In this document: positions 1 through 15,769 of the stretch, in pieces
Layout of the letters: each line of letters begins with the position of its first letter
How positions within the stretch are numbered: the stretch's first letter is position 1
Assembly: GCF_009914755.1 (NCBI RefSeq)
Contig: NC_060926.1
Length of the DNA stretch: 64,000 nt
Strand: one strand, 5' to 3'
From: the human T2T-CHM13v2.0 reference genome, Homo sapiens
Position numbers and translations under genes: made by a program
The notes under the pieces: model-generated
Database searches by the model: none
What the model was told of the DNA's origin: nothing
What the model saw: the letters and a program-made list of their open reading frames with translations, nothing else

Positions 1-879
1 CAACAAATATTTAGCCATCTGCCATATAAACATCTTTGTATTCACTGTCTTCCATTGATATAATATTACTTTTCTAGGCAACATTTCCTCATCAAAATCA
101 GGGTGTAGACGATGTGAGACAGCAGAGAGTCCCTTTACCTCCTGACAGTAACACACAGTAAGCTGTGCTCACAGCTTTTCATGAGGTTGTGGAAGTTCCA
201 AAATGCCACTGAGAGCATTGCTCTTCTCTCTCATAGGATTGACTATGAACTTCACCTTTGATTGGACGTGTAAATACCTGGGCAATCCATAAGATAATGC
301 TAGAGATTTTTGCTGCATAGTAGCATGAAGCTCTAGCTGCTGATGCCCTGTTAGTGTTGGTGTGTATTAGTGTGCATATGAGCGTGTATTTGTGGTAGGA
401 ATGTGGTAAGACTAATCAAGAAAACTTTCAGTTCAAACATTTGTCTTGTGGCCAATTATAGTGCAAGAAAAGGCAAAGGAATGGAATTGTTCAAACGTGT
501 AGAATTCTAGAATGATAAGAGAAATCTACCAATTAAACTAGTATTATCTCTAGAAGGTTACCTTAGCAGGTAGAGTTTCTTGGTCAGGCAGGAAGATACG
601 GGGATGTTTCTTTAGTTTCTCCATGCCTGTAATGCTCTGTAGATCCTGTGTCATTTATGCTGTGTCTTAGGAAAGATGTTTCAGATAGTTATATAAATGG
701 GTTTACTTGTTTGTGTGATATATGAAGAAGCCTTTTGGGAATCCGAGCAGGATTTGTTCCTAAAGCAAGACTCCTATATCCTAGAATCTCCATTTTCAAC
801 TTTGCAACTGTTTTCTACAAACTAGTTCATTCCTTGTATGTTCTAACTTCCTCACATAGACAGAACTAAGGGTCTCGCA

Positions 880-1040
880 AATGCTCAGAATCCAATGGCA
901 TCATATATAACTTGGACTAGATGATGGTACATTTAGGTGGATTTGTACAAATGGAATGCTTAGACTTAAAGGATGAGAATTAATGGATTGATAACACTTA
1001 CTGAGAAGATCTTATGGTACACCATGATGGCTTTTGGCAG
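880..1040 (+). mobile_element. L3/CR1 LINE fragment (RT region), highly diverged
   Basis: 'ggactagatgatggtacatttaggtggatttg...aattaatggattg' resembles the CR1/L3 RT segment (GLD..TVRWI..WL..R.QRV.ING); boundaries approximate. Confidence 0.55.
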
Positions 1041-1439
1041 ATTTTCAGATACCATAAAGCAGAGTGAGAGCAAATATATTTCACATCAAATCAGAAACGT
1101 CTCAAATCAGAGAGTCTAATATAATATATTTGAATTTATAAGGTTACATAATACCATACATAGAAAATACAGGGACATTAAAACACCTCACAAATACAAC
1201 TGTATGTATTTATCGAAGATATATACCTATCCAAGAATTTATATCAAATAAATTTGAGTGGGTGCCTGTAGGAAAGAGTGTGAATGGGAATCCCTAGATA
1301 AATGAACATTAATACAATAAACTAAACCAAAAGAATGGCATTGTAGGGTTTAATGAAGAATATAAACATCAAAACTTTTGCACATGTGTTCCCAAGGGAA
1401 AAGAGATAGAAAAAGAAAAATAAATGAATTTACTAGTAC

Positions 1440-1605
1440 TTAATATTAACCCCAAAAAGATGTCCCCTCTCATCATTCATTTTCTACATCATACTGGGAA
1501 TTATAACTAATATAAGACAAAAATGTAGTATAAAAATAAATTGATTGGGAAGGAAGATTTAAAACTGTGTTTGTTCACAGACGACATGATTTCTATGTAG
1601 AAACT
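1440..1605 (+). mobile_element. Old L1M ORF2 (RT) fragment
   Basis: 'gatgtcccctctcatc...attgggaaggaagatttaaaactgtgtttgttcacagacgacatgatt' = degenerate GCPLSP...[15 protein letters not shown] motif. Confidence 0.75.
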
Positions 1606-1814
1606 GAATATTCCTTCTTATTTCTTTTATCATTGTTGTCATTCATTTCACGTACATATAAGCATACATAAGTATGTGTATATATATGCGTAATTTAATA
1701 TATATTTTCTATTATTATTTATCTTGGATCAATAATGGGAAAAGTAAAATTCTAATTTTATATTTAAAAAATCTAGCTAGTAAGTCATTCTTTTTTGGTT
1801 ATGTGAATGAAAAT

Positions 1815-2040
1815 CACTTTGGGGTTTTAGTTGTTTGTAGCTTGGGCTATCAGTGTGTGTGGCTGCCAAAAAATGCTATCTCTTGCTACATGAAAGGAAG
1901 CATAATGACCAGAAGAGGAGAGATGGTAGGATACTCTACTCATAAATCACACCCTGGTAATAATCATCAGTCTGGTTGCCAAAGTTTAAGGATGTTGACG
2001 GTACTTCTTCAATGAAGAAAACCATGTCACAGGAGGAAGC
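1815..2040 (+). mobile_element. L3/CR1 fragment (3' part of ORF2)
   Basis: 'ggggttttagttg...cagtgtgtgtggctgccaaaaaatgcta' matches the L3 motif cagtgtgatgtggctgccaaaaaagctaa. Confidence 0.6.
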
Positions 2041-2105
2041 ACAATATAACCAAAAAGACTATGAATCAATCCACAACTCAGGTGGACCAAAAAAAGTACT
2101 TTCTT

Positions 2106-2451
2106 TTTTTTTTTTGTTAATTTTTAATTTATGTGGGAACATAGTAGGTATATATATTTATAGGGTGCATGAGATATTTTGATCCAGGCACACAATGCAT
2201 ATTAATCACATCAGGGTAAATCAGGTACCTATCACCTCAAGCATTTATCCTTTCATTGTGTTACAAACAATCCAATTATATTCTTTTAGTTATTTTAAAA
2301 GATACAATAAATTATTGTTGACTGTAGTCACCCCATTGTGCTATCAAATACTAGATCTTATTCATTCTATCTAACTACATTTTTGTACCCATTAACCATC
2401 TCCACCCCCTGCACTATCCTTCTGGTAACCATTGTTCTACTGTCTATCTCC
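2106..2451 (-). mobile_element. 5'-truncated L1MA (L1MA2/3-like) 3' end
   Basis: Poly-T then the L1MA 3'UTR reverse complement; 11-bp TSD agtactttctt at 2095-2105 and 2452-2462; TCTT/AA nick site. Confidence 0.85.
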
Positions 2452-3139
2452 AGTACTTTCTTAATCACCTGTAATAACATAATTTCTGCCTTTTAGCCTC
2501 TGCTCTATTGAGTTTATGAAAAAAGAATGCAGCCCAACTAAGGATGCTGCCTCCTCCTCAAGTTATCATTCAATTCTGGAATCTTGGGCATTGCCTTTGT
2601 ATCGAGGATGAGGGGCTGCAGTTTTCAGTCATCAATCCCACAGGTAAATGATGACACAATCATTGTATACATGTGCCCTTTCGGCTGGGCTACACTCCAT
2701 GGGGTAAGGAAACTGTGGGTGAAGCTAATCCTGGGCTTAACTCCCTGATGAACCACTCAAATATCTCTGCTTGGCATTTGGCTGTCTCACATTCAGTCTT
2801 AGTAGGAAGTGGAGTAGAGGTCCCCTCTACTCTTGGAAGCCATGAAGTTGTTGCTCTCTCTTTCTTCTTCTCCCCCAGGGTCTGGGAAATATTTTCTTAC
2901 TATGGGGAAAATCTTTTTTCCCTTGTATTCTTCAATACCTTAACTTAAATTCCTCTGAAGCCTTAGACTTTTGAAAAACAAAGCCACAATGATTTCTAAG
3001 TTCTATTTTGCCATATCCCTTTCACAAATTGATACAAATATTTCCTTGAATGAGAAAGGGAAAGATAAGAAATATAAGCCAAAACAAAGCAAAAATGACA
3101 AAACCAAAAAAAAAAAAAAAAAAAGAGATTGTATTTTCC

Positions 3140-3335
3140 AGCCAGATAGGAAAGAACTTTTTAATCACAAACCTATTCAATTATATAGTGGACTGCCATG
3201 GGTATGAATTTATCATCAGCAGGTATGTTTCCCAGGATTCATTTTAGTGATGTTGTAGAGTTGTTTTAAGTATTAGATGGGAGATTGAATGAGATGACCT
3301 CAGTGTTCCTTCTCCATGCAAGAGCCTGGGAAATG
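3140..3335 (+). mobile_element. L3/MIR3-type 3' end
   Basis: 'ggaaagaacttttta...gtggactgcc...gggagattgaatgagatgacctc...ccttc' is typical of the CR1-derived 3' tail. Confidence 0.5.
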
Positions 3336-4174
3336 ATAATCCCACATTCTACCTCTTTAAGTGTTAAAATGGTGGAACATGATAACTGAGAGGTTATAAA
3401 GTAACCAATAAAAGAAGGAAATATTTACATTCAAAATATGAAAGGTGACAGGAAAGCCTGGCACATGGTAGGTGATCAATAGATTAAGATTTATTATTTT
3501 TTTAAAAAACAATTTATCTCATTGAAAAAAATAAAATCATGTATTATCATAAATACAGGTAAGTACAAAGCATGACCTCCCAAACCATAGCCTATTTTTA
3601 GGACAATGAAATTTGATGACTCCTCAACTATCCATGTCAGGTTGTAAGCTGGAAAATGAAAACCTACTACCTCTTAAAATAAAAATAAAATTTCTATCAC
3701 AAATATCTTGACACATAAACTATATTAACTTTTTTTGCTTTCTTTTCATTTTTAGGTGATATCCTTCAAAATAACCACAAATATTTTTCTCCAGATTCTT
3801 TAAATAATACATATGTGCCTATGATTCAATGCACTTTGTAAAAATAAAAAGTATACAATTGATAGCTATAATTTTTCAGTGACTACAAATTTAAGATCAC
3901 CCCTGAATATGAATCTGATCTAGTTTTTCTGTTCCACCCCACTCTGCAAGGAGTGTTACTTGCCATACAGAAAAAGTAAGCCAGCAAGCAAGCATGCTTG
4001 ATGCTCTAACAAAAAATTTGTAAATGGCCTAATGCTTCATTTTTGAATATTATATTTGTTGCTGTTGATAGGACCCAGAGGGCAAAAGGAAAATAACTGA
4101 GGTGGTGATTAAATGTCCAGCTATCATCTGCCATATTTTCCAAAACTGGTAGATAATGATGGGTGTGATGCTTC

Positions 4175-4484
<310 letters not shown>

Positions 4485-5023
4485 TGTGATGGTTACTTTT
4501 ATGTGTCAGCTTGACTGTGCCATGGGATGGCTATATATTTGGTCAAACATGATTCTGAATGTTTATGTGAGGGTGTGTTTCGATGAGATAAACTCAGGTG
4601 AGTAGACTGAGTACAGCAGATTACCCTCCCTAATGTGGGTGGGCCTCATCCAATCAGTTGAAGGCTTGAATAGAACAAAAAAGCTGAGCCTCTCCGGAGG
4701 AAGACTGAATTCTTTTGTGACCACCTTCAAACTAGGACATTGTTTTTTTCTGCCTTTGGACTCAACCTGAAACACAGCACTTCTTAGGTCTTGAGCCTGT
4801 CAGCCTTTGGACTAGAGCCACACCAACAGCTCTCCTGGTGCGTAAGCCTGTGGACTCTGAATGGATTTATACCATCACCATCCAGGGTCTCTAGTTTACT
4901 GACTGCAGTTCTTGAGACTTGTCAGTATCCATAACCTCACAAACTAATCCCTTATAATAAACTTCTTCTGTCTATGCATACTTTCTGTTGGGTCTGTTTC
5001 TCTGCAGAACCCTGACTAATACA
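4485..5023 (+). mobile_element. MLT2 (ERVL) solo LTR
   Basis: Starts tgtgatggttacttttatgtgtcagcttgac, ends gaaccctgactaataca; AATAAA near the 3' end. Confidence 0.9.
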
Positions 5024-5376
5024 GGGAATGGGTCCCTAGGAGTCTGAACATTGCTTTATATTCTCTGAATAAGCTGATCATTAACTAGCTTTGTTACCCA
5101 AAGAGGTAAGCTACTGTATTTTCTCTTCAATCTTTTGTGTATGGTTTTACTTGCCGCTAAAAGAGTGATGATTTTCTCCACTGAGTTCCTGTTAGAGTGG
5201 CACTAGTCTTAAGTGTGACTAGAAATGGCATTGCAGGGCATATCCAGTGTTCCTAACTTTGCCTTGCTAAGCTACTTTGAATTAAGCTGTGTAAGAAAAA
5301 TGAAATTAAAAAGATTTTTGAAATATCTTTTGATTGAGAAATAAGAAATTGAGAAATATGAAAACCAACCTCGTAA

Positions 5377-5747
<371 letters not shown>

Positions 5748-5911
5748 CAACTGAGATAGGCTTTTCTTATAGGTCTTTTGCATCCAGAGAGTTCTTGTGA
5801 GGCAGAAAAGCTAAGGGATGTGAGTGAAATGTGCTTTGAATAACTTTATCCTGATGACAAAGGGAATACAAGATGAAGCATTACCTTTTTAAAAAGTCAC
5901 TTTCCTAAATT

Positions 5912-6090
5912 CGTTTATTTATTCATTCATCTAACAAATATAGATTGAGCACCTACTATGTGAAAGGCATTATTCTTAGCACGAGGGACACAACAGTGAA
6001 GAAAAAATGGCAATAATGTCTGCCCTGTGGAGCTTACATTATGGTGGGGCAAAAATGACAATAAAAAAAATCAGTTAGTTAAATATACGG
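5912..6090 (-). mobile_element. L2 3' end
   Basis: 'attcattcatctaacaaatatagattgagcacctactatgtg...tgccctgtggagcttacatt' is the canonical L2 3' terminus, reverse complement. Confidence 0.8.
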
Positions 6091-6791
6091 TATTGAGATA
6101 CAACCATCTTTACAATTGGAACATTTTCCCTTAAATTTAGCCTTGTTAGTTATTATGTATAATTTTAGCATAGCTGTTTATTACAAGCTTTCTTTTTCTT
6201 TCTGTTCTTAAATAATCTTGCCACTCAATTCTATTCCATCCTATTTAAATTCGCAGGAATCCATTGACTTCTCAGAGAGTTAGGTCCCATAATAGGTGCT
6301 ATGAGATTTATGAAAAAACCAAGAAAGTGATATGTTCTCTGCCTTCAGAGAACTTTCAATCAATGGGAAGTTAGGCTTTGCAGAATAGCATGTACACCAG
6401 ACAAAATATTCTGAAGTAATATGAGCTCGGAGGAGCTTGAAAGGATGAACACAAATGCCTACCATGTAAAGGAAGTTGCCATCAGAGTTTACATTGATCA
6501 GCCTTAAAGTTCTAGAATGAAAGATTCTGGAGTAAAGAAAGGAGACTATATCAAGACGTAAGTAAAAGAAACAACAAAAGGTGTGAATGACTATTGTATA
6601 TTGGGGAGGAGGGAGAAATCTAACTAGTAATTTATAGTGCATTATCAGGGTAAGCCTGGACTAAGGAGAAATTGAACTTCTGAGAGTTTTGAATTCAAGC
6701 TGAACATGTTGAGTTTGACTCAACATATTTCCAAGAACTTATTTTGACAAAACCCTTGGGGCTCCTCTAATTGTGTGTGTGTTCGCAGTGG

Positions 6792-7693
6792 TGTAAGTGG
6801 AAAAGACAACTTACACACAGACTCAAAGGGCTTTTTCTATTCTCTCACTCAACAACAATCAACACAGAAGATGTCTGTGGCCAAATGTGTGGGGGTTCCT
6901 CCCCACACACCAAGCAAGCAATCAGTTCTGCAGTGGACACCAGCTGGTATCCTCCAATTCAATTAAACTCTGAGGCTATCTACCTGAAGATCTAGCATCA
7001 GAAACCACAGGTAGAGGGCCAGTTCCACAAGACTGGCCCCTCCTTCCTATGCATCGCAAGTCTGGGCCTCCAGAACTTCTTACCAAATGGCTACAAGTTG
7101 GGATTCTCATAATCCCCTCTTTCGAGTTCGATTAATTTGCTACATAGGCTCGTAGAACTCAGGGAAACCCTTACTTAGGTCTACCCATTTATTACCAAGA
7201 TTATTTTAAAGGATATAAATAAACAGCCAGGTGAAGAGATACATAGGGCCACATTTGGAAGTATTCCTAGCACAGGAGCTTCTGTGCCCAAGGAGCTGGG
7301 ATATGCCACTCTCCTGACACGTGGATAAATTATTGTTCACCTTCCAGTAGCCTCCACATGTTCAGCTATCCAGAGGCTCTCCAAACCCTCTTGAATTTTT
7401 ATGGAGGCTTCATTACGAGGCATGATTGGTGAAATAATTGGTTACTGGTGATAAATGTAACTTTAGTCCCTCTACCCTCCCTAGATGTTGGGTCATGGGG
7501 CTGAGTCCCAAGCCTCTAATCCTGCCTTGGTCATTCAGGTGACAAGCCCCCATCCCGATGCCACCTAGGGGCTGCCAGCTGTCAGTCAATCATGATCATA
7601 CACAAAGACATTGCCATGGAGGTTCTAAGGATTTTAGGAGTTATATGCCAGGAAATAGAGTGATAGACCAACTATATATTTCAAAATATCACA
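6792..7693 (-). mobile_element. MER21-family solo LTR
   Basis: Ends tatatttcaaaatatcaca (reverse complement of the MER21 start TGTGATATT); internal 'ctgcagtggacaccagctgg'; near-TSD agtgg/aatgg. Confidence 0.8.
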
Positions 7694-8482
7694 AATGGGG
7701 AGTAAGTTGAAGGGTTTTATTAAATGTTTGTCAAGGAAAGAAAATTAGCATAAAAAATTGCCTTAGAATTGGACTTCAGTTTCAAGTGAGAAAATTGATA
7801 TTTATGAATTAATATGCCTTTCCCACATCCTCCAGCCAAATTTTGAATTCAAGATCTTAATAGTAGTTCAATGGAATTGACCCAAGGGAGCAGCCTAAGG
7901 GTTCAAAGAGAATAACTCAAGGAATATGGTCTGCTCAACCAAATTTACCTTGAATTCAGCAAGCATTTGTTGAGCACCTCTTCTATACTTATATTTCACT
8001 GAGTGCTATGACATAAAAAAGATAAAATGTAACAATTGGCTCTTGCTTCATTCATTATTCAACATATATTTACCGAGCAACTTCTATGTGCTAAAGACTA
8101 CTATTCTATTAGGCCTTGAAAGTATCTTGTGATGTTTGCTTAATAAGTATCCTTTGCAGATAATCATACTCTGACTTCCCATCCCTATTTCAGAATTTTA
8201 GGTACCATATGAAACAGAATCAGATTTTGCCATTTATATTTAGGTTGAACAAATAACATCAGAAACCAGTGCTTCTGCCAATGAAGCCAAAATAAACTTA
8301 GCTCCACTACAAATCATACCTGAGGGTCTTGCTTTGGAGAGTGATACGTCTCTGCCTTTTTCCTGAGAGGCTACTTTTCTGGCATCTCACCACTGTTTAC
8401 TTAAGTTTATTCATTGTGGACACAGAGACAGTTAAATGAATTTCACAATTCTTCTAAAAGCTGAAAAGATGTCAAATCTTAG

Positions 8483-10231
<1,749 letters not shown>

Positions 10232-10429
10232 AAGAAATGTCGTCTTATGTATGTCAAAATTGTAATGAATATACAACCAAAGGAACAAAAGAAAGCGTTG
10301 AGAGAATAGTAGAAGACTTACAAATGCTAATTGTGAAGGTGAAAGGTAGTGGAATTGGAGAAGGAATAAGATGAATTTGACTGGTAGATTTTCTCTATAC
10401 ATACTGAATATATGCTGAATTAAAATTTA

Positions 10430-10610
10430 ATCAATGTCTACTACACTTACCGTCTACTAGATCTTGTGTTAGGTACTTTCTTATATATTATCTTTTTAAA
10501 TTCTTCCAGGAAACTTGTGAAGTAATTTAGTACTATATTTATTTTGTAGTTGCAGAGAAATACACATTTAAAAAGTTAACTGAGTCACACAACTAGTTAC
10601 TGGCAGTAGT
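10430..10610 (-). mobile_element. MIR
   Basis: Degenerate MIR core 'cttgtgaagtaatt...tattttgtagttg...gtcacacaactagt'. Confidence 0.55.
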
Positions 10611-11540
10611 TTGGTGGTAAGAACACAGCTGTCCTGTCACAATGACTGTAGAATGAAAATTTTAAGAAAGTAAAGATAAACCTGAGATTTCAGTATACTT
10701 CGTTATAATAAGGAAGGAATTCACAGCTGCACAAACTGTCTGAACACATTGTTTTACTGTTACCATGTATTTTAATTGAAGCTATACTGCATTAATTGAA
10801 AATTGATTCTGTGAAAACCATACGATTGATCTGTATCATCCTAAACCTAAGTGAAAAGCCAAATAGAGAGGAATTAGCTATGTAAAATATTTATGTTGTC
10901 ATAAAGAGCATTTAACATATCTGGCCCGGTAATCTGTTCAGTTAGAGGCGGTCAAAGTATTTGCTAATGATTGACTTTGTATCAGGTAAAATAATATGGC
11001 AAGTCTCCTACTACAAAAAAAAAAAAAAAATCTTGAGGCAACAGTAATTCAGTGTTTTCTTGGACTTCCTATTATTGATTGTGCAACAGTGAAAATACCT
11101 TTCTTTGCCATTCTCAGGCAGTTGAGGTAAAGGTAAAAGAATTTTAAGGCTAAAACTGACTACCCAGGGCAATAGCTGCTTAGCCAAATAATTTATAGGG
11201 AACATGTAATGGTTTCCAGGAGTGACATGCGTCATCTTCCCACATGAAACTATGTAGAATGTAATTTTACAGCTGGGTAAATTCTCAAGGCAGGACACAA
11301 AGATCTGGCTGTGGGATGCCCATTAATGTCAGAAGGAGTCCAGGGGCTCTATTCCTCATGCCCCTCTTATAGAATGCACCAGTGTCAGCCTGCTGTGAGA
11401 GGAGTCTATTCGTTTTCTGGAAATTCTGAAGGCCAATATTAACCAATATCATGTTGTGGATGTTTATATGACTTTACATTGATTCTTAGGATTGTCTGTG
11501 GATAATCACAATGTGAAAATGAGGAAGTCATGCATTTTCA

Positions 11541-11630
11541 TTTAAATTTTTAAATTTAAATTTTAGATTTTTGTGGGTACATAGTAGTTGTATATATTTT
11601 GGGTGTAGTTGTATATATTTTTGGGGTACA
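11541..11630 (-). mobile_element. ~90-bp L1MA 3'-terminal stub
   Basis: 'tttttgtgggtacatagtagttgtatatat...ggggtaca'; TSD tcatgcattttca / tcatacattttca at 11528-11540 and 11631-11643. Confidence 0.75.
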
Positions 11631-12292
11631 TCATACATTTTCACCCAATATAATTCTAGACTTTTTTTATTATGAAAAGGCCACTGTCAACAAATGTAAT
11701 ATTATGTGAAATAGAAGTCATATAATAGAAAATCTTTGCAAATCAAGAAAAAATATTGCAATGTGGTGATTTGTAATTATAATACTTACAAAATCATGAT
11801 CAATGTGGTTTCAGTCCTATAACAGCATTATATTAATAGTTAAGAAAGCAAAGTCCATGTGATAATGGATAATCCCAGTATCTCAAGTCTTTACTTCTAT
11901 CTCTTCCACACGAGGAAAGTGGCACATAAGTACTTGCAATATTTGTTAAAATGCCTGGTTTTCTTTTCTTAAAATTTATTATCCTTACATTCTTAAGCAA
12001 GTTCTAAACTGCTGCTCTCTAAATGTTCCCCACCTACTCTTGAATATTTTGTGTCGCATTTACTTTCTTTCCATTCTCCTTCAAAAAGTCTTAGAAACAG
12101 CCTGGTGAGGCTAAATCTGCATTGGAGAGACGTGTTGAGCAGGTAACTGAGGAGGCTGTGCCATGATCCTCTTCATAAGAAGGTAAACACAATGTAGTTA
12201 TTGACTCAGAATCAATAGCGTATAATATCAGATTTTAAGAAGCACCTTTTGGATATCCATTCATTTACTTACTTCTACAATATGTACTTTTT

Positions 12293-12335
12293 TATTATTT
12301 TATCATTATAATTTAAGTTGTAGGGTACATGTCCA
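12293..12335 (-). mobile_element. ~43-bp L1PA 3'-terminal stub
   Basis: 'attataatttaagttgtagggtacatgtcca' = reverse complement of the L1PA end; perfect 16-bp TSD acaatatgtacttttt; TTTT/AA site. Confidence 0.8.
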
Positions 12336-12439
12336 ACAATATGTACTTTTTAAAGTGCCCACCAAGTACAATGGATGACAGAGGATAAAAAAAAAAATAA
12401 TATACGAGATACAGTTTCAGCCATCACAGAGGAGTTAAA

Positions 12440-12656
12440 CATCTAGATGATAGAAATGTTCTATATTTCTCTGTAACATTCATTAGTATACTGTGTTATA
12501 GTAGCCACTAGCCACATGTAGTTATTGAGCACCTGAAATGTGGCCAGTGTAACTGAATAATTTAGTTTCAAATAAAGTTTAATTTTAGTTAATTTACATT
12601 TACATTTGAATAGTCACAAATTTAAATTTGAATAGCTACCATATTGGGCAGAGCAA
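12440..12656. mobile_element. MER3 (hAT-Charlie MITE)
   Basis: 'gatgatagaaatgttctata...tagccactagccacatgtagttattgagcacctgaaatgtggccagtg...gctaccatattgg'. Confidence 0.8.
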
Positions 12657-12874
12657 ATTTGAAAAATCCAAAAAGTTCAGCTTGTGATGTTAAGTACCAA
12701 GAATTTCAAAATGGAGTTAATGCTATGAGATGAGTGCAAACAATATTCTTTAAGGCTCAGTGAGGTGAAATATCTCCACTGAGAAAAATTTAAAATGAAT
12801 ATTTAATGTAGATTTGAAAGATGTAGGCAGTGTCATTGACGTAGAACAATTAATTTTATGGAGAAGTTTAAGGG

Positions 12875-13560
12875 AAACACCTGCTACATATCAGATATTT
12901 TAGACACATGCTTTTATTTAATTCCCATAGCTGGGAAATGTTGTCACCACTGAATAATTGATGGATTTGGAGCTGCAATGTTAATGACCATACCCAGGTT
13001 CACCTGGCTAGTAAATGGAGACTAGGTTTGAACTCAGGTCTTCCTAACTCCAGATCTCAGGTGTGTTCTACTTTGCTAGGCTGAAGAGGGAGTGAGAAGA
13101 GAATCAAATGTGATTTAAGGGTACAAAACAGGATAACATGAAGGGTGGTGGTGCCATGACCAGAAGTGGCTTAGTCAGGCAGAGAGTTAGTTTGGAGTCA
13201 CTAAAGGGATATATAAACTAGTTAGAGGGGAAGAGAACAATGAAGATTTGAGATTTGGAAGGCAACTGCCAGTTCTGATAATTTTCATTGGAGTGGTGTT
13301 TGGGTCTTCAAAGGAGAGAATGTATCCACAAGGTAAGGGGCTTACAATAAAATTCTGGGAAATATGTCCCTTTTTCAGGCCTAGAAAGGGAAGAAGAGCC
13401 AATAAAAGCATCAGTGAAGTGGTTAGAGATTTAGGAAGAATTCTATCAAGGTGGTGGTCACTAGTGTCAAATACTACACAAAGAACAAAGATGGTGATGA
13501 GGAAATCATTAGTTTCCTGATGGGAAGCTTAGTGACCTTGAAGAGAGACAGAACATGACG
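12875..13560 (-). mobile_element. MIR followed by L2 fragments
   Basis: MIR core 'actaggtttgaactcaggtcttcctaactcc'; L2 'tgagatttggaaggcaactg...gtgaccttgaagagag'. Confidence 0.6.
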
Positions 13561-14214
13561 ACTTAGGAACCCTCAACTTTCTTTAAAATTTGTACTTTCC
13601 AAAGGCCTTCTCAATGTTTCTGGGCCTTTGCTCTCATACATACCAGCTGTTTTTTCAAAATTCTTAGACAAGTTCTGAGTCCTTTAAAAAGAAAACCTTG
13701 CAGTTTTCACGAGGTTGTATAACTATTTTCCTCCTTATCTCTAAAACCCAGTTCTCTGCCTGGGACTTAGCATCCCTTAATAAACATTAGTAGGATGCAT
13801 AATGAGACTAGAGAATTGGATATTTTTTCATGCCTATTTTAGTATTTTGGTTATTTTCATTAATATTAGATTATTCATTAATTATTGAACTCCTAGGCAC
13901 TAAGTATTATTGGTAATACAAAGCAAATCTAACAATGTGAGATCTTATCCTGTTCCCAAAGAATTTGTAGTCTATGTGGAGGAGAGGATGAGACAAATGC
14001 ACCCAAGATTGTTAAGTACTACATTGCATGAAACACAGCACTGAGAGCCATTCAGCATGCAGTGGCCAGCCAAACTAGTTTTTTAAGACATTGAGCAACT
14101 TTCCCCCATAGTGAACTTTCCTGGCACCTGTCCTCTTTCTTGGGAGCCCAGGAAATCCCCATATTCCAGCAATTGAATGAGTAAGGGCTGGCAAACAAGG
14201 GCCTGTAGAACCCT

Positions 14215-14299
14215 GTCCTTGCAGTAGAGCCAGTGTTCATTCTTGATTGTATGGGTTTCCTGCCATCTCAATTGCTGAATATTTTGAATATCACCCTTG
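14215..14299 (-). mobile_element. hAT-type DNA transposon end (MER53-like)
   Basis: 'gaatattttgaatatcacccttg' resembles the reverse complement of the TIR CAGGGGTGATATTCAAAATATT. Confidence 0.45.
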
Positions 14300-14550
14300 G
14301 AAGTGCATATTATAAAGACTATATTATAAAGATTATCTGAATAAAGTCTTAGAAAATCAGGTAAAACAAATGACTCAGGAAGTAGGGGTCATGTTAATTT
14401 CTTTCGGTAAAAGTGATTATTAATTGTAGATTAATCACATATTAATAACAGATAGCTAAGTGCACCTAAATTTGATATTGTAATATTTGGAGTATAGCAT
14501 GCAACTGCTCAGTACACAATGGATTGCTAGTCTAGCCCTGACTTTGCTGT

Positions 14551-15130
14551 TGTTGGGGCTCAGAAACCAATACCCCAAAATATGATGCTTTGTATATGCC
14601 AAACTGAAGAAGAGGCCTCAAGGTCTCTATGCTGTCCCCTCTGCCCCATCACCATCTCTCCTTAAGCACAGGTAAAATTGTTCTCTTGAGTTCCCTTATC
14701 TGTCTAAAGTTCAGACTTCCCAAAGAAGAAAACAATTATCTCTGGTTTCTTCCCTGAGTTTTCATTGATTGAACCCATATCTTAGGAAGGAAGACAGAAG
14801 TGTATCAACACACCTGGAGAGACTTTTGTCATAAACCGTTAACCGCTCTATGGGCCCAACATAGACTTTTGCTCCAGACCACTGACGTCCCTTAAACATC
14901 ATTTATGATTCCCCTAAAATCATCCACACATCCCCATCTCCTCTTCCTCTAAGAAGTAGGGTATGAGGGTCTCTGTACCGCACTGGAAACTGCGTAATGA
15001 CTCTTTTTCTCCCCATGCACTTGGTAGTAATACGTTTGCAAAGCCTTTTCTCTTACTAATCTGCCTCAGTGTGAGTCGATTATGCAGTTAACCTTCAGAG
15101 GGTGAAGGGGAAGTTCCTTTGGCCGCAACA
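14551..15130 (+). mobile_element. MER39-family (ERV1) solo LTR, inside a MIR
   Basis: Starts tgttggggctcagaaaccaataccccaaaatatg, ends cttcagagggtgaaggggaagttcctttggccgcaaca; 4-bp near-TSD ctgt/ctct. Confidence 0.85.
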
Positions 15131-15417
15131 CTCTTAATTAGCTTTATGCCCTTGGTTAAGTCACTTTACCTCCTAGGTTTATTTTATTTGTTTGTGAAAT
15201 AAATTGCCTGAAAAATTATTTCAGTTAGAATGATTTTGGCTGCAGGTATCAGATGCATTTTATTCAACTGGCGCAGGAACTAATGGCTCATAGCATACAA
15301 AAAGAAGTCTACTGGCAAGGCACTCTTCAGGCAGGATAAATGAAGACCCTGGCTCCATCTCTTCAAAATTCTCTTGGCTCTACCCTCTCTAGGTGTGGAC
15401 TTCATTCTCAATGCTAG

Positions 15418-15769
<352 letters not shown>

